Of a stretch of DNA of 64,000 nt, positions 38,067-48,350 are shown piece by piece. Within the stretch, counting starts at the first letter, position 1; each line of letters begins with the position of its first letter. Position numbers and translations under genes: made by a program. The notes under the pieces were generated by a model that made no database searches, was not told the DNA's origin, and saw only the letters and a program-made list of their open reading frames with translations. The DNA is from Candidatus Marinacidobacterales bacterium (GTDB lineage Bacteria > Acidobacteriota > Vicinamibacteria > Marinacidobacterales > DATDRI01): assembly GCA_965226495.1 (NCBI GenBank), contig OZ245365.1:3712001-3776000 (forward strand). The letters are read 5' to 3'.

Positions 38067-38899
38067 AAGCTGCCGGTTTGGAAATCCCGAACCGCCTGGA
38101 TCAACTCCTCTTGAGTGTTCATCACGAAGGGACCGAATCGAGCGACCGGCTCGATGAGGGGCGCGGCCGCAAGCAGCAGGAAGCGGACCGGCGATTTGCC
38201 TGTCTCCACCGCGATGGCGTCTCCGCCCTCGCAAACCGCGAGATGCCCAGAGCGAAGTATTTCTTCACCACCTAGCTTGCCTTCACCCTCGAAGACATAG
38301 ACGAACGCACTGTGCTCCGAGGGAACCGGCTGCTCGAAACGTGATTGGGGCGGGACCTTGACATCTAGATAAAGAGGAGCGGTGGCGATGCCGACCACCG
38401 GCCCGGACAGACCACCGGACTTGCCAGCGATCACTCGCACCTCGGCACCGTCTTCGAGCGTCAGCACCGGGATCTCGTTCGGCGGTATGTCTTGGTACCT
38501 CGGATTACACATCTTTTCCCCCGCCGGGAGGTTCACCCAAAGCTGGAAGCCCCACATCAAGCCATCTTCCTGCTTCGGCATCTCGGAGTGAATGATTCCT
38601 CGCCCGGCGGTCATCCATTGCACGCTGCCGGCGGTCAAGGCGCCGGTGTGGCCGGTGTGATCCTTGTGTTCCATCGAGCCCGCTAGCATGTAGGTAACGG
38701 TCTCGAAACCGCGGTGGGGGTGATCGGGGAAACCCGCGATATAGTCTGCGCTATCGTCGGATTTGAACTCATCCAGCAACAGGAAGGGGTCGACGTAGTC
38801 GAGGGCCGGCAGGCCTAGGCTTCGTTTGAGCCTGACGCCCGCGCCGTCAGAGGTTTCTCGCCCCTCGACGACTTTGACGACTCTGCGTAGGTTGGACAT
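38063..38899 (-). CDS. Pirin family protein
   Basis: DPFLLLD, HPHRGFETVTY, WMTAGRGIIHSE, GPFVMNT. Confidence 0.95.
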   Translation of the reverse strand: MSNLRRVVKVVEGRETSDGAGVRLKRSLGLPALDYVDPFLLLDEFKSDDSADYIAGFPDHPHRGFETVTYMLAGSMEHKDHTGHTGALTAGSVQWMTAGRGIIHSEMPKQEDGLMWGFQLWVNLPAGEKMCNPRYQDIPPNEIPVLTLEDGAEVRVIAGKSGGLSGPVVGIATAPLYLDVKVPPQSRFEQPVPSEHSAFVYVFEGEGKLGGEEILRSGHLAVCEGGDAIAVETGKSPVRFLLLAAAPLIEPVARFGPFVMNTQEELIQAVRDFQTGSF

Positions 38900-38970
38900 G
38901 CCCTTTCCGGCCCGCGATCATGCCAGGATCTGCGCTCGAGGTAAAGCCCCCCACCGCATATTTGGCGCCA

Positions 38971-40323
38971 CTAGTTCGGCGCGGATACCGGTGCGCCAAC
39001 CCGAAATCCAGCGTCCTCCTCAAGAACGAATTGCAGCGCCTTTCGATCGAGAACCACACCGGCCTTCACCACCGTCTCGATATTTCGGGTATCGCTGATT
39101 CTTCGGTCCGGCCGGCCGTTGACGATCAGGAGATTAGCCAGCCTCCCAGGCGCGAGAGTTCCCCACTCCTCGTCGGCGTGCATCAGCTTGGCGGCATTCG
39201 AAGTGGCGATCGAGATCGCCTGGAGCGGCGTGAGTCCTGCCTCGACGAGAAGCTCCATCTCCCGGTGGACACCTTCCCCGAAAAAGACACCCGGATAGGG
39301 AGTATCGGTGCCGGCGACGAGAAGCACTCCCGCATCGAGGAGCTTCTTGGCGTTGTCCTTTCTTAGTTGGAATTCTCGTTTGGACCGATCGACCCGCGAT
39401 CGCTCGGCGTCGGTGAGTGGTCGGGACATCTCCTCTCTTAAATCCTCAAGAAACCAAGGTGGAGTGGTGTCCTTGATGAGCGGATCGCGAAGGAAGTCGA
39501 AATCGTCGAAACGACGGCGCGTCCCGAACTCTGCCACCGCCAAGGTCGTGATGACGCGAATGCCCTTGCTTGTCATCAAAGCCAGCCCCTCCTCGTCGAT
39601 CGTCCTCGCCGGCAAATGGGCGAAGGCCGTCATGTCGGTCCGCATCAAATCGATAGAGCCGTTGAGAGACCACTGATCGACGATCAACGGGAGAGAGACT
39701 TTTTTGGCCTCAGTCGCGAGAGCACTCAACATACGGTAGGAAAGCCCACCGTACGCCTTGATGACATCCACGCCTGCCCCCTTCAGCCCTTCCGCAATCT
39801 TCGGTATCTGGTCGAGCGAGGTCGCGACGTGGGAAATGGGGGGCCAAGCAGGGTCGCTACCGTCGACCAACGCGCCGGCGCAATAGATGCGGGGTCCGGG
39901 TATGCGTCCTGCGGAGACCTCTTGCCGCATTTGAAGGATGAACGGCTGGACGTTGCCAACATCCAGGATCGTCGTGACGCCATTATAGAGAAGAGAATTC
40001 AAGTATCTCTGATAGCCGAGCATATCGACCCGGTGTCCGTCCCACCCTCCCAAGAGATGAACGTGCATGTCGGCGAGCCCGGGTAACACCGTTTTTCCCG
40101 TGGCGTCGATCACACGAGCGTCGGGAGGGATCTCGATCTGTCGAGTCGGCCCCACCGCCTGAATCCGGTCACCGTTGATGATGACCGTTCCGTTTTCGAG
40201 AGGGGCGCCGCCTTCGCCGTCGACGACGACCGCGTTGGTAATAGCGAGACGGGTATCGTCTTGTCTCATGAAACCAGTCAGAAAAACGAAAGCGGTCAGG
40301 CAAAGGACCACGTTCTTGCTCAA
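38971..40323 (-). CDS. Amidohydrolase family protein (exported)
   Basis: PGLADMHVH, AGTDTP, GTLAPGRLANL; probable TTG start after GGGAGAG. Confidence 0.88.
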   Translation of the reverse strand: MSKNVVLCLTAFVFLTGFMRQDDTRLAITNAVVVDGEGGAPLENGTVIINGDRIQAVGPTRQIEIPPDARVIDATGKTVLPGLADMHVHLLGGWDGHRVDMLGYQRYLNSLLYNGVTTILDVGNVQPFILQMRQEVSAGRIPGPRIYCAGALVDGSDPAWPPISHVATSLDQIPKIAEGLKGAGVDVIKAYGGLSYRMLSALATEAKKVSLPLIVDQWSLNGSIDLMRTDMTAFAHLPARTIDEEGLALMTSKGIRVITTLAVAEFGTRRRFDDFDFLRDPLIKDTTPPWFLEDLREEMSRPLTDAERSRVDRSKREFQLRKDNAKKLLDAGVLLVAGTDTPYPGVFFGEGVHREMELLVEAGLTPLQAISIATSNAAKLMHADEEWGTLAPGRLANLLIVNGRPDRRISDTRNIETVVKAGVVLDRKALQFVLEEDAGFRVGAPVSAPN

Positions 40324-40391
40324 TAGACTCTCCCTTCGTTGAAACCGGGAAGCGTTCCCGATCGATACGGACAATACGACCTGGGCACTAG

Positions 40392-40892
40392 ATGTACAAT
40401 CTCCCCGTGGCAACTGTTTACATTACGGTTGGTCTTCTTCTGATCGCCGGACTCTTGGGATCGTTCCTCCCCGTCCTTCCGGGCACGCCACTCATCGTGG
40501 TAGGAGCGCTGCTATACGCGTATATGACCGACTTTGAGACCATCGGCGTCGGGAGGCTTCTCATCTTGGTCGGGTTCAGTCTCCTCGCGTACGTACTCGA
40601 TTACACCGCGGGCGCGCTGGGCGTCAAGAAATTCGGAGGGAGCAGCTGGGCCGTCGTGGGGGCCGTGCTCGGAGCGGTGGTAGGAGTCTTCTTCGGCGCC
40701 ATCGGTCTCGTGCTCGGCCCGATCCTCGGCTCGGTCCTTGGCGAGCTGCTTCGCAGCCGCAAGTTCAAGAATAGCCTCAGAAGCGCTCTCGGAACCGGGG
40801 TGGGGATGCTGCTCGGAGTCGTCGCCAAGCTCTCCCTCGCCGTGGTCATGGTGGGCCTCATCCTTTGGTGGATTTGGAAAGGTGCTAGCTAG
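40392..40892 (+). CDS. DUF456 membrane protein
   Basis: GSFLPVLPG, GVKKFGGS, Gly-rich TM helices. Confidence 0.88.
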   Translation: MYNLPVATVYITVGLLLIAGLLGSFLPVLPGTPLIVVGALLYAYMTDFETIGVGRLLILVGFSLLAYVLDYTAGALGVKKFGGSSWAVVGAVLGAVVGVFFGAIGLVLGPILGSVLGELLRSRKFKNSLRSALGTGVGMLLGVVAKLSLAVVMVGLILWWIWKGAS

Positions 40893-41436
40893 TGGGAGAC
40901 GGTGCCATAGGATCGGCCTCTTCTTCTTCGGGAACATCGCTGTACCCGTCAGCGTGGATCCTCCAAGAGCCGTCGGCGATTCGTTTCAAGACCACGACAA
41001 ATTTCCCCTTGCTCCGGCTGATCTCTTGTCCCTCCCGCGCACGGATGAGCGTGTAGTAGCCAATGTCATAGGCGAGATCTCCGTCGATGTCCCGGTCCAA
41101 GCTGCTGAAAGACAGCTCCAGCTGAACTCCGTCTTCAGACATCCGAGCCAATCCACCCTCGAAGGACTGCTCGATCGCTTCGCGCCCTCGCAAGACGTCT
41201 CCGCCTGGCGCCAGGTAAAGCGCGTCCTCCGTATAGAGTGCAGCAACAAGCTTAGGATCCGCCAGATCGTAAGCTTCACTAAACACGCGATAGACCTCGT
41301 CGATGGCGCGATAGTCCGCATCCGCATCTCGTTGCGTATGGTTCGCCGCCTCGTCCATCCGCGCTGCGCGCGAGCAGGCGCCCAACCCCAGCGCGAAAAG
41401 CCCAGCGGAGACGGTTGCGATGAGTTTCTCTGTCAT
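40885..41436 (-). CDS. NTF2-like (DUF4440/SnoaL) lipoprotein
   Basis: Lipobox LGAC, LYTEDA, GREAI, GKFVVVLKR..DGSWRI. Confidence 0.85.
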   Translation of the reverse strand: MTEKLIATVSAGLFALGLGACSRAARMDEAANHTQRDADADYRAIDEVYRVFSEAYDLADPKLVAALYTEDALYLAPGGDVLRGREAIEQSFEGGLARMSEDGVQLELSFSSLDRDIDGDLAYDIGYYTLIRAREGQEISRSKGKFVVVLKRIADGSWRIHADGYSDVPEEEEADPMAPSPTS

Positions 41437-41654
41437 GAGACTCCTCCCTAACCCGTTATGCCACCCATCCCCTCTGTCTTCTCTCAAAGGCCGGCCTTCC
41501 CGTCGTCATTTTCCTCGAAAGCAAAGCATTAGCCAAAAGGATTCTTTTCAGCCCAGCGAAGTGTCTGCTCTTAAACCTCTTATGGCCGCGGCGGGACTGT
41601 GGTAAGCTCACGACATGGAGCAAGCGGCTCCGACATCTTACCAGGGAGGCTCCA

Positions 41655-42881
41655 ATGGCCGACGCGCCGGCAACCACCGTATCGAAGAAGACCCAAGAGC
41701 ACATCGCCCTCGCCGAAATGCATGGGGCCCACAACTATCATCCACTCCCCGTCGTCATCGAGCGAGGTGAAGGTATTTGGGTATGGGACGTCGACGGAAA
41801 GAAGTACATGGACTGCCTATCTGCGTACTCCGCTGTGAACCAGGGACACTGCCACCCCCGGCTCATCGAAGCCACGAAGAAACAGGCGGAAAGACTCACC
41901 CTCACTTCGCGAGCCTTCCATAACGACCAGACCGGACCTTTTTTCAGAGAGCTTGCGGAAGTCTGCGACATGGACACGGTACTCCCTATGAACACAGGTG
42001 CCGAAGCCGTGGAGACGGCCATCAAGACGGCTCGCAAATGGGGCTACACAAAGAAGGGTGTAGAGGACAACCAAGCCGAGATCATTGCTTTCGAGAACAA
42101 TTTCCATGGCCGTACCACGACCATCGTCGGCTTCTCCACCGAGGCCCAGTACCAGGAGGGTTTCGGACCCTTCACTCCTGGGTTCCGCACCGTGCCGTAC
42201 GGGGACGTGGACGCGGTGCGGCATGCGGTGAACAAGAACACCGTGGGGATCCTGGTGGAGCCCTTACAAGGTGAAGCGGGAGTCGTCGTCCCGCCGGAAG
42301 GATTCCTTCGCGGCTTGAGAGATCTCGCGACCGCGGAGAGCGTCCTCCTCCTTGCGGACGAAATTCAAACCGGCCTCGGCCGCACCGGTCGGATGTTCGC
42401 CTGTCAGCACGAGAACGTTCAGCCGGATGTCTACATCGTCGGCAAGGCTTTAAGCGGGGGTTTCTACCCCGTCTCGGCAGTGGTCTCCTCCAACGAGATC
42501 CTTGCCGTCTTTGAGCCCGGTGATCACGGGTCGACGTTCGGCGGCAATCCTTTGGCTTCCGCGATTGCCCGCGAGGCGCTCCGCATCTTGGTCGAGGATA
42601 AGCTACCGGAACGTGCACACGAGATGGGCACGTACTTCATGGAAGGCTTGCGTCAGATCGATTCTCCCCACGTCAAAGAGGTGCGGGGCAAGGGACTACT
42701 CATCGGCGTCGAGCTCAAACCCGAGTCGGGGCCAGCACGAACCTTCTGCGAAAGCCTGATGGAACGGGGCATGCTCTGCAAGGAGACTCACGAGAGCGTC
42801 ATTCGATTCGCGCCACCGCTCGTCATAGAGCGCGGCGACGTCGACTGGGCACTCGGTGAAATTCGCGAGGTCCTCTCCTAG
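41655..42881 (+). CDS. rocD: Ornithine--oxo-acid aminotransferase
   Basis: HNYHPLP, LSAYSAVNQGH, MNTGAEAVE, EPLQGEAG, DEIQTG, HGSTFGGNP. Confidence 0.95.
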   Translation: MADAPATTVSKKTQEHIALAEMHGAHNYHPLPVVIERGEGIWVWDVDGKKYMDCLSAYSAVNQGHCHPRLIEATKKQAERLTLTSRAFHNDQTGPFFRELAEVCDMDTVLPMNTGAEAVETAIKTARKWGYTKKGVEDNQAEIIAFENNFHGRTTTIVGFSTEAQYQEGFGPFTPGFRTVPYGDVDAVRHAVNKNTVGILVEPLQGEAGVVVPPEGFLRGLRDLATAESVLLLADEIQTGLGRTGRMFACQHENVQPDVYIVGKALSGGFYPVSAVVSSNEILAVFEPGDHGSTFGGNPLASAIAREALRILVEDKLPERAHEMGTYFMEGLRQIDSPHVKEVRGKGLLIGVELKPESGPARTFCESLMERGMLCKETHESVIRFAPPLVIERGDVDWALGEIREVLS

Positions 42882-42894
42882 CCGAAGACAACCG

Positions 42895-44097
42895 TCAAAT
42901 TCCCCGATAGGGCCGTTCGAGATAACGGCGGGCTGTCTTGTGAGAGTCCCCGACTGGCGGAAGGCCAAGCACCGCATCGTAGTGTGACCGAGCCCTTTCC
43001 CTCCTTCCCTTCTCATCCAATATGAGCCCGGCCTCGAGATGACATAGCGCCTGCTCGCGGGCCGGTGTCCTGGAGTGTTCCGTGCAATCGACGAACTGCT
43101 GAAGCGCCAGATCGTGGCGGCCCAGACGAACGAGCCGGCTGCCAAGCTTGTATCGAAACGTTTCGAGGGAAAGCTTGTTGTAGTTGGGTCGTTGCTCCTC
43201 GGCAAGTTTCACGACTGTGAGATAGGTCTTCACGGCGTCTTGCTTTCTGCCCATTCTCTCCAGTATTTGCCCTTGGTTGAGGTGGAACAAGAAGTTTCGA
43301 GGAAAACGTCGGTGTAACTCACCGGCGATCGCCAAGGCATCCTGATTCTTCTTTTCGCGGAAGTGTACAACCATCAGCAGCACGCTGGCCTCGTCGGGAA
43401 CTGATAGTCCTTTGTCGCGAGCGAGCTCCAGGTACTCGATGCCTCTCTCTTCACTGCCGCGATATCCCACGATCTTGGCGGGCCATTTGAAGTACCAACG
43501 CAAATTATCGACAATGTACTCGTACAAACCGACGCTCATATAGGCATCGTAGTATTCGGGGTTTTCCGTCAGGATCCTCTGATGCTCGTGGTAGGCCCTT
43601 TTGGCGTGACGAATGGCCCCCATCTTGCTCCGGTCGATGGTGTAATAAAAGGCAGCCAGCAGACCCTCGGCACTACCACGAAGGAATCGTGCGTCTTCAC
43701 TCCCCACGTCCTCTTTCAAGATCGCCGCTGACAGACGTTGGCTTCGCTCGATGTTCTCGAAGAACGCTTGTCGGTGAGCGCCCGGCATTTTTCGGGCGGA
43801 GGCCTTGTTGAAGTAACCGGGAGCTACGAATCGACCGAGGTTGAGATCTTGGCGCTCGAAGAGCTCACGAAGCCAAATCGCCGCCGCGATGTCGAGCGGT
43901 GGACCCGGATGAACGGGATACTTAGCACTCACGTCGGTGAAGGTCGCGATCGCTCGCTCATAGTCCAGGTTGTAGATCTGCTCGAAGCCCTCGCCAACGA
44001 GAGCAAGGTACTCCGCATCGCTGTGATCGGGGCTCGCGGAACCGAGAGCGGCGCGACCCGCAAGAACCAGTGCCACGATGACCAGAGCACTTTTCAA
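42895..44097 (-). CDS. Secreted TPR-repeat protein
   Basis: Signal peptide, IYNLDY, YYDAYMSVGLYEY, TPR-like helices. Confidence 0.75.
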   Translation of the reverse strand: MKSALVIVALVLAGRAALGSASPDHSDAEYLALVGEGFEQIYNLDYERAIATFTDVSAKYPVHPGPPLDIAAAIWLRELFERQDLNLGRFVAPGYFNKASARKMPGAHRQAFFENIERSQRLSAAILKEDVGSEDARFLRGSAEGLLAAFYYTIDRSKMGAIRHAKRAYHEHQRILTENPEYYDAYMSVGLYEYIVDNLRWYFKWPAKIVGYRGSEERGIEYLELARDKGLSVPDEASVLLMVVHFREKKNQDALAIAGELHRRFPRNFLFHLNQGQILERMGRKQDAVKTYLTVVKLAEEQRPNYNKLSLETFRYKLGSRLVRLGRHDLALQQFVDCTEHSRTPAREQALCHLEAGLILDEKGRRERARSHYDAVLGLPPVGDSHKTARRYLERPYRGI

Positions 44098-44258
44098 AAA
44101 GAACTCTCCTCGATTGACAAGCTGTAGGTGATTTCCCCACGGGCGTTGTGAAACCCCAACGCCCAGGCCCCTTTCAGGGATCGGCCAGAGTCACAGTGCG
44201 ACCTCACAACTCCCCTTAAACACAACGCTATTCAGCTCCCACCTCGTTTGCGCCGGAA

Positions 44259-44290
44259 CTGGTACCCCCTTTGCTTTGAAAAGTCTCACA
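44259..44290 (+). promoter_or_regulatory. Sigma54 -24/-12 promoter with adjacent CRP/FNR-like site
   Basis: cTGGtacccccttTGCt with GG at 44261 and GC at 44273; TTTGA-N6-TCACA at 44275-44290. Confidence 0.55.
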
Positions 44291-44369
44291 ACGAACTTAC
44301 CAAAACACACTAACAGCTTTAGGCGGCCCGGCTAACGGGTGGTCCCCCTTCGGCTGACGGAGCCAAAGC

Positions 44370-44852
44370 ATGAAAATGATACTGGGATTGATGGGGCTTC
44401 TTCTCTTCTTCAGCTTAGCCGCTGCTCCCAACGCTCGCGCTTGCTCTCCGCTAACCAAGTCAGACGACACCTCGTCCGAAGCGGAGCCAGACGACAGTAC
44501 ACCCGCCCAGATTGAAGTCGACGAGTCCAAAGGACAAGAGGGACAACAGGCACGGGGTCTCTACCGGTTTTTCGGAGCCACCATGTTTGCCGCATCGGCA
44601 GGAGACATCGCCAGCACCGAGTGGGGTCTGACGAAGCCTGGGATCTATGAAACAAATCCCTTGGCGACGAATCGGAATGCTCGCGTCACCGCACACGTCT
44701 TGGTGCCGACGGTCGTTTGGTGGACCACCAACAAAATGCGGAAGGACGGTCATTACAAGGCGGCGCTTTGGATTCGCATCGGCGTCACCGCGGCATACGG
44801 CTATGCGGTCATGAACAACCTGCGGACGGCGGGAGCCGCCCCAATCAATTAG
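44370..44852 (+). CDS. Exported/membrane protein (DUF5658-like)
   Basis: Signal peptide; GDIASTEWGL..GIYETNPL; C-terminal hydrophobic helices. Confidence 0.6.
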   Translation: MKMILGLMGLLLFFSLAAAPNARACSPLTKSDDTSSEAEPDDSTPAQIEVDESKGQEGQQARGLYRFFGATMFAASAGDIASTEWGLTKPGIYETNPLATNRNARVTAHVLVPTVVWWTTNKMRKDGHYKAALWIRIGVTAAYGYAVMNNLRTAGAAPIN

Positions 44853-44967
44853 TGGCTTCCTTCCTTTGTTCCCTCTCCCCCTGGGCCGCGGCCGTCAAAA
44901 CAGGCTGTGGCTGTGCCACCGGGCGGGCAAGGTAGCCAGACGGCGGGTGAGGGGAAATTAGACCGAT

Positions 44968-47133
44968 TTAGCGTCGCCCAGCGTCAGAGGCGGGGGCGCT
45001 CAACGTCAACACCCCCACCTTCTCGAGCATCCGAAAGTACTCTTCGAACTCTTCGAGCGGGGCAGGACCATACTCCGCGGCAAGCCGCTCCCGAATTTGG
45101 CCCAAGTTCAACTCTCCGTCCGCGAAATTGAGAGTCTCCCACGGGTAGTAGCGGCCGCGGCGGACCAGTCGGATCTTCTCGGCAAACTCCGCATCCTGGA
45201 GTTTCTCTTTGAGCCAATCCTGGCCGTACTGGTGTCGAAATAGATTCACCGGCCCTCTTATCTCCGTGTTGCGCGTGGGAACCAGAAGAGCGATCCCACC
45301 ACTTGGTGGAGACGACGGTTCGAGCGCGCCCCACTCTCGCAATTCTGCGATCGTCGCCGCCTGCTGACGCAGGCGCTTTTGGGCGGCCGGCTCCAGTTCA
45401 ACCACACTCCGGGCGGTCTTTATTACATAGTCCTTCGACGTTGCGTCGGAGGCGAAGACTTCCAGGGTCGCGAGCGCCTCCGCTTCGCGCCGATACGCCT
45501 GGGTGATGGTATTCTGAGCCAACCAGTAGTCGTCCGGTGCAGAGTCCCTCGACGCCGCCCAAAGCAGATCCATCGCCCTTCGCTCCTCACTCGCCAGTCG
45601 GGTGCGAGTCTTTTGAAGCGCGTTCTGAGCCAAACTCGGTATGTCATCGGATCCCGCCGATGCCATGGCCAACGCGGCGGCCCCGGCGATCACACCGGCT
45701 CGCTTCATTTGCGTCGCATCGGCCCGCGCGCGATTGTCTTCTTGTGTCCCAATGAACGGATCGGGCCAGGTATTGAATAGAACGGCGTGGAGGCCAATGC
45801 TCGCCTCGCCGACGTCTTCATGATCGCTCGGACCCCAAAAATCCTCGATCTTGTAAAAGAACTGGTCACCGCTACCCGCCGGATCGACAATGGGGAGGAG
45901 GAAACCACTGTCGAAGCTACCCGCACGTCCGTGCCGAATGGAAATAGTGTTGCCTTCTCCGACGACTTCGAACATTTCCTGCACGATGTCATTGATGAAA
46001 GAGGGACGTGAGTGTGGCGTTCGATAAAGACGCAGTATCGATTGGCTCAGATGCTGATGATCTCCCACCATGTCCAGGTCCAGATAGGCCAGCACGCGCT
46101 TGGTATTCTCGGGGTAGGTATAGAAGTAGTAGAGGCTGGTCGTGTGCTCGGCTCCCCAAGTAAAGCGGATGTTGCGACGTGGCCGGGGGATCTTGCCCCC
46201 CTCGACCAGAGTCGCCAGGCTTCGGGCCAAGTCCAGGGTCGCTCCCACACCGGTCAGATTGTTCCCTCCGCCGCCGTTGCGATAATTAGTGTGCCCCTGG
46301 ATCCAAATCTCCGGCAGCTCGGGTTCTGTTCCCTTCACCACGGCGTGAACCTGCGGGTAGTAGCCGGCCTTCGTTTCCGCTTCGACTTGGGCGTTCACGA
46401 CGAGTCTCTCCCCGGCGGCGAGCCTATTGGAAAGCTCCTTCCCTGAACGGTAGGAAACGGAAATGACGAATCCTGGAGGCTCACCATTCGGGCCGTCACG
46501 AGGAGCGATCTGAACCCCGCCAATGAGATCGGGTTGGCTGATGTGATTCGCCGTGCGATAGGCGATCACTCCTGCCGCACCGTGCTCCCAGACCGCCGTC
46601 GCATGAACCATCCCCGGGGAACCGGAAGCGAGCACGATCTTCCCCGACACGGACTTGCCTTCGTAGTCCGACGCCTTGGTGCCCGCCCCGACATCGACCA
46701 GCTCGACAGTCAAATCAGCGCTGGTGCTGAACCGACCAAGATGGCCGCGATAAGCGTCGAAGCTTGCGATCCGTTCCTTGTTGGGCTCGATCAACCAAAT
46801 CTCCGCCTTCTTACCCTCCCACCAGGGCTCGGACCGAAAAGCCCAGTAGTAGAGTTTTCCATCGGACGGGAACTTTTCGATCTTCACGTCCGAGAGTCCC
46901 CATCCCCGTGCGCTGTCGGCGATGTAGTCCGCCGTCTGCTCGGCCCCGAGTGAAGGCGAAAAACCTGAGAAATTGCTGACGATGTGCGAGAAGTGGTTGA
47001 GCCCCATCTCCCCGGAGGTCTCTGCGATGAGGGCGTCCATGGTCTCGCGGTCGATCAAAGTAGAGTCTTGACCGCGGGTCATGCCCCCGCCGCCAAGAAG
47101 CACGGTCAAGAAAACCAAGACTCGTCGCTTCAT
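44968..47133 (-). CDS. M28-like peptidase with PA domain
   Basis: Signal peptide, DVGAG PA region, WGAEH, LDLDMVG, PSDHED; metal ligands partly atypical (GHTN, NNLTG). Confidence 0.75.
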   Translation of the reverse strand: MKRRVLVFLTVLLGGGGMTRGQDSTLIDRETMDALIAETSGEMGLNHFSHIVSNFSGFSPSLGAEQTADYIADSARGWGLSDVKIEKFPSDGKLYYWAFRSEPWWEGKKAEIWLIEPNKERIASFDAYRGHLGRFSTSADLTVELVDVGAGTKASDYEGKSVSGKIVLASGSPGMVHATAVWEHGAAGVIAYRTANHISQPDLIGGVQIAPRDGPNGEPPGFVISVSYRSGKELSNRLAAGERLVVNAQVEAETKAGYYPQVHAVVKGTEPELPEIWIQGHTNYRNGGGGNNLTGVGATLDLARSLATLVEGGKIPRPRRNIRFTWGAEHTTSLYYFYTYPENTKRVLAYLDLDMVGDHQHLSQSILRLYRTPHSRPSFINDIVQEMFEVVGEGNTISIRHGRAGSFDSGFLLPIVDPAGSGDQFFYKIEDFWGPSDHEDVGEASIGLHAVLFNTWPDPFIGTQEDNRARADATQMKRAGVIAGAAALAMASAGSDDIPSLAQNALQKTRTRLASEERRAMDLLWAASRDSAPDDYWLAQNTITQAYRREAEALATLEVFASDATSKDYVIKTARSVVELEPAAQKRLRQQAATIAELREWGALEPSSPPSGGIALLVPTRNTEIRGPVNLFRHQYGQDWLKEKLQDAEFAEKIRLVRRGRYYPWETLNFADGELNLGQIRERLAAEYGPAPLEEFEEYFRMLEKVGVLTLSAPASDAGRR

Positions 47134-47250
47134 CAATCCTACTCCTCCCGCCCTCTCCGGGGCGATGCGCGAGGCGACCAAGGCCTCGCGGTTTCTCGAA
47201 CCCTTAACGACATAGCTTTTAGCACAACGCTCTTTCTGAGATCGAGTACC

Positions 47251-48330
47251 TCAGGGATGCGATGCCACCCATCCGGCCGCCGCGACTCCAGCAAGCTGGC
47301 CGGACCTGCGGGCCTGCTCTTCATCTGCCGGCCCCAGAACGTCTCCCGCCAAAAAAACCCCCGGAATCGTCGTGCTTCCTTGGGAATATACTTTCGCGCG
47401 ATCTCCCTTGAGCTTCCGATCGTAGTACGTCTCGCAACCGAGAGCGCGGACCAGCCCCAGGGAAGGAACTCTTCCTCCTTCCACGACCACCGTATCCACA
47501 TCGACATCGACCTCCCCTTCCGGTGAAGCGCGCTGGTCAGGATCGGCGGTCACCAGCCTCGCGCCCGATACTCTGAGCTTCCCCCGGGCCGAAGCCAAAA
47601 TCATTTCTTGGCCCACCACAATGACGCGCTCGGCGCCGAGCTGCTCGAGGCGTCCGCCGAGCCGGCCAGCGCGCTCCGCCCCACCACAGAGCAAGAATCG
47701 CGAGCCGGGCAAGAAGCTCCTTGCCGCAAAGCGTTCGGTCAAATCCATCGGCAGCACACCGGGAAGCGTCGAGCCGGGAAACGAATGCACGCGATCGAAA
47801 GCCCCGGTGGCCACAACGAGCGCTTTCCATTTCAGTGGGACCCGAGCCCCATCTCGTAGACAGAAAAGCTCCCCATCCAGCACGATGGTCGGCTCCGGAG
47901 AACGAACCGCGGGGAGTGACATGAGCCTCGCTTCCAAAACGTCAACGTCCTTTATTCCGGCAGCGCGTGCCGCGCGAGCCGCCTCGAGGCCCGCGGGACC
48001 GGCTCCGACGACAACGATGCTGGCGTGGCGATGAGCCTCGATTCGCGGCGGATCGACGAGTCGACTCAGTGCATTCTCCTCACCGGAAGACTCCGAAGTT
48101 CTGAGCGAGAGATCGGGACACAAAGGAAATCGACAGCACGGTAAATCGGGCAGGCCTTCCACCAGAACATTGCAGTCTCGGCAGCTGCCGTTCCCGCAAA
48201 ACAAGTATGGGAGCTCGCCCGGCGGAGGGACTTCGGAGCCTCTGAGGAACTGCTTCATAACCGCCGCGCCGGCAAACTCGATGGAGTCGTCTGCGGTCAG
48301 TTCTACACCGTTCAAGAAAAAACGGTTCAT
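47251..48330 (-). CDS. 2Fe-2S + FAD oxidoreductase fusion (sarcosine oxidase alpha/HcnAB-like)
   Basis: FCGNGSCRDC..CC; VVGAGPAG; VATGA..FPGSTLPGV; GVFLAGD. Confidence 0.8.
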   Translation of the reverse strand: MNRFFLNGVELTADDSIEFAGAAVMKQFLRGSEVPPPGELPYLFCGNGSCRDCNVLVEGLPDLPCCRFPLCPDLSLRTSESSGEENALSRLVDPPRIEAHRHASIVVVGAGPAGLEAARAARAAGIKDVDVLEARLMSLPAVRSPEPTIVLDGELFCLRDGARVPLKWKALVVATGAFDRVHSFPGSTLPGVLPMDLTERFAARSFLPGSRFLLCGGAERAGRLGGRLEQLGAERVIVVGQEMILASARGKLRVSGARLVTADPDQRASPEGEVDVDVDTVVVEGGRVPSLGLVRALGCETYYDRKLKGDRAKVYSQGSTTIPGVFLAGDVLGPADEEQARRSGQLAGVAAAGWVASHP

Positions 48331-48350
48331 TTGAGTATAGTATCGCGGTC

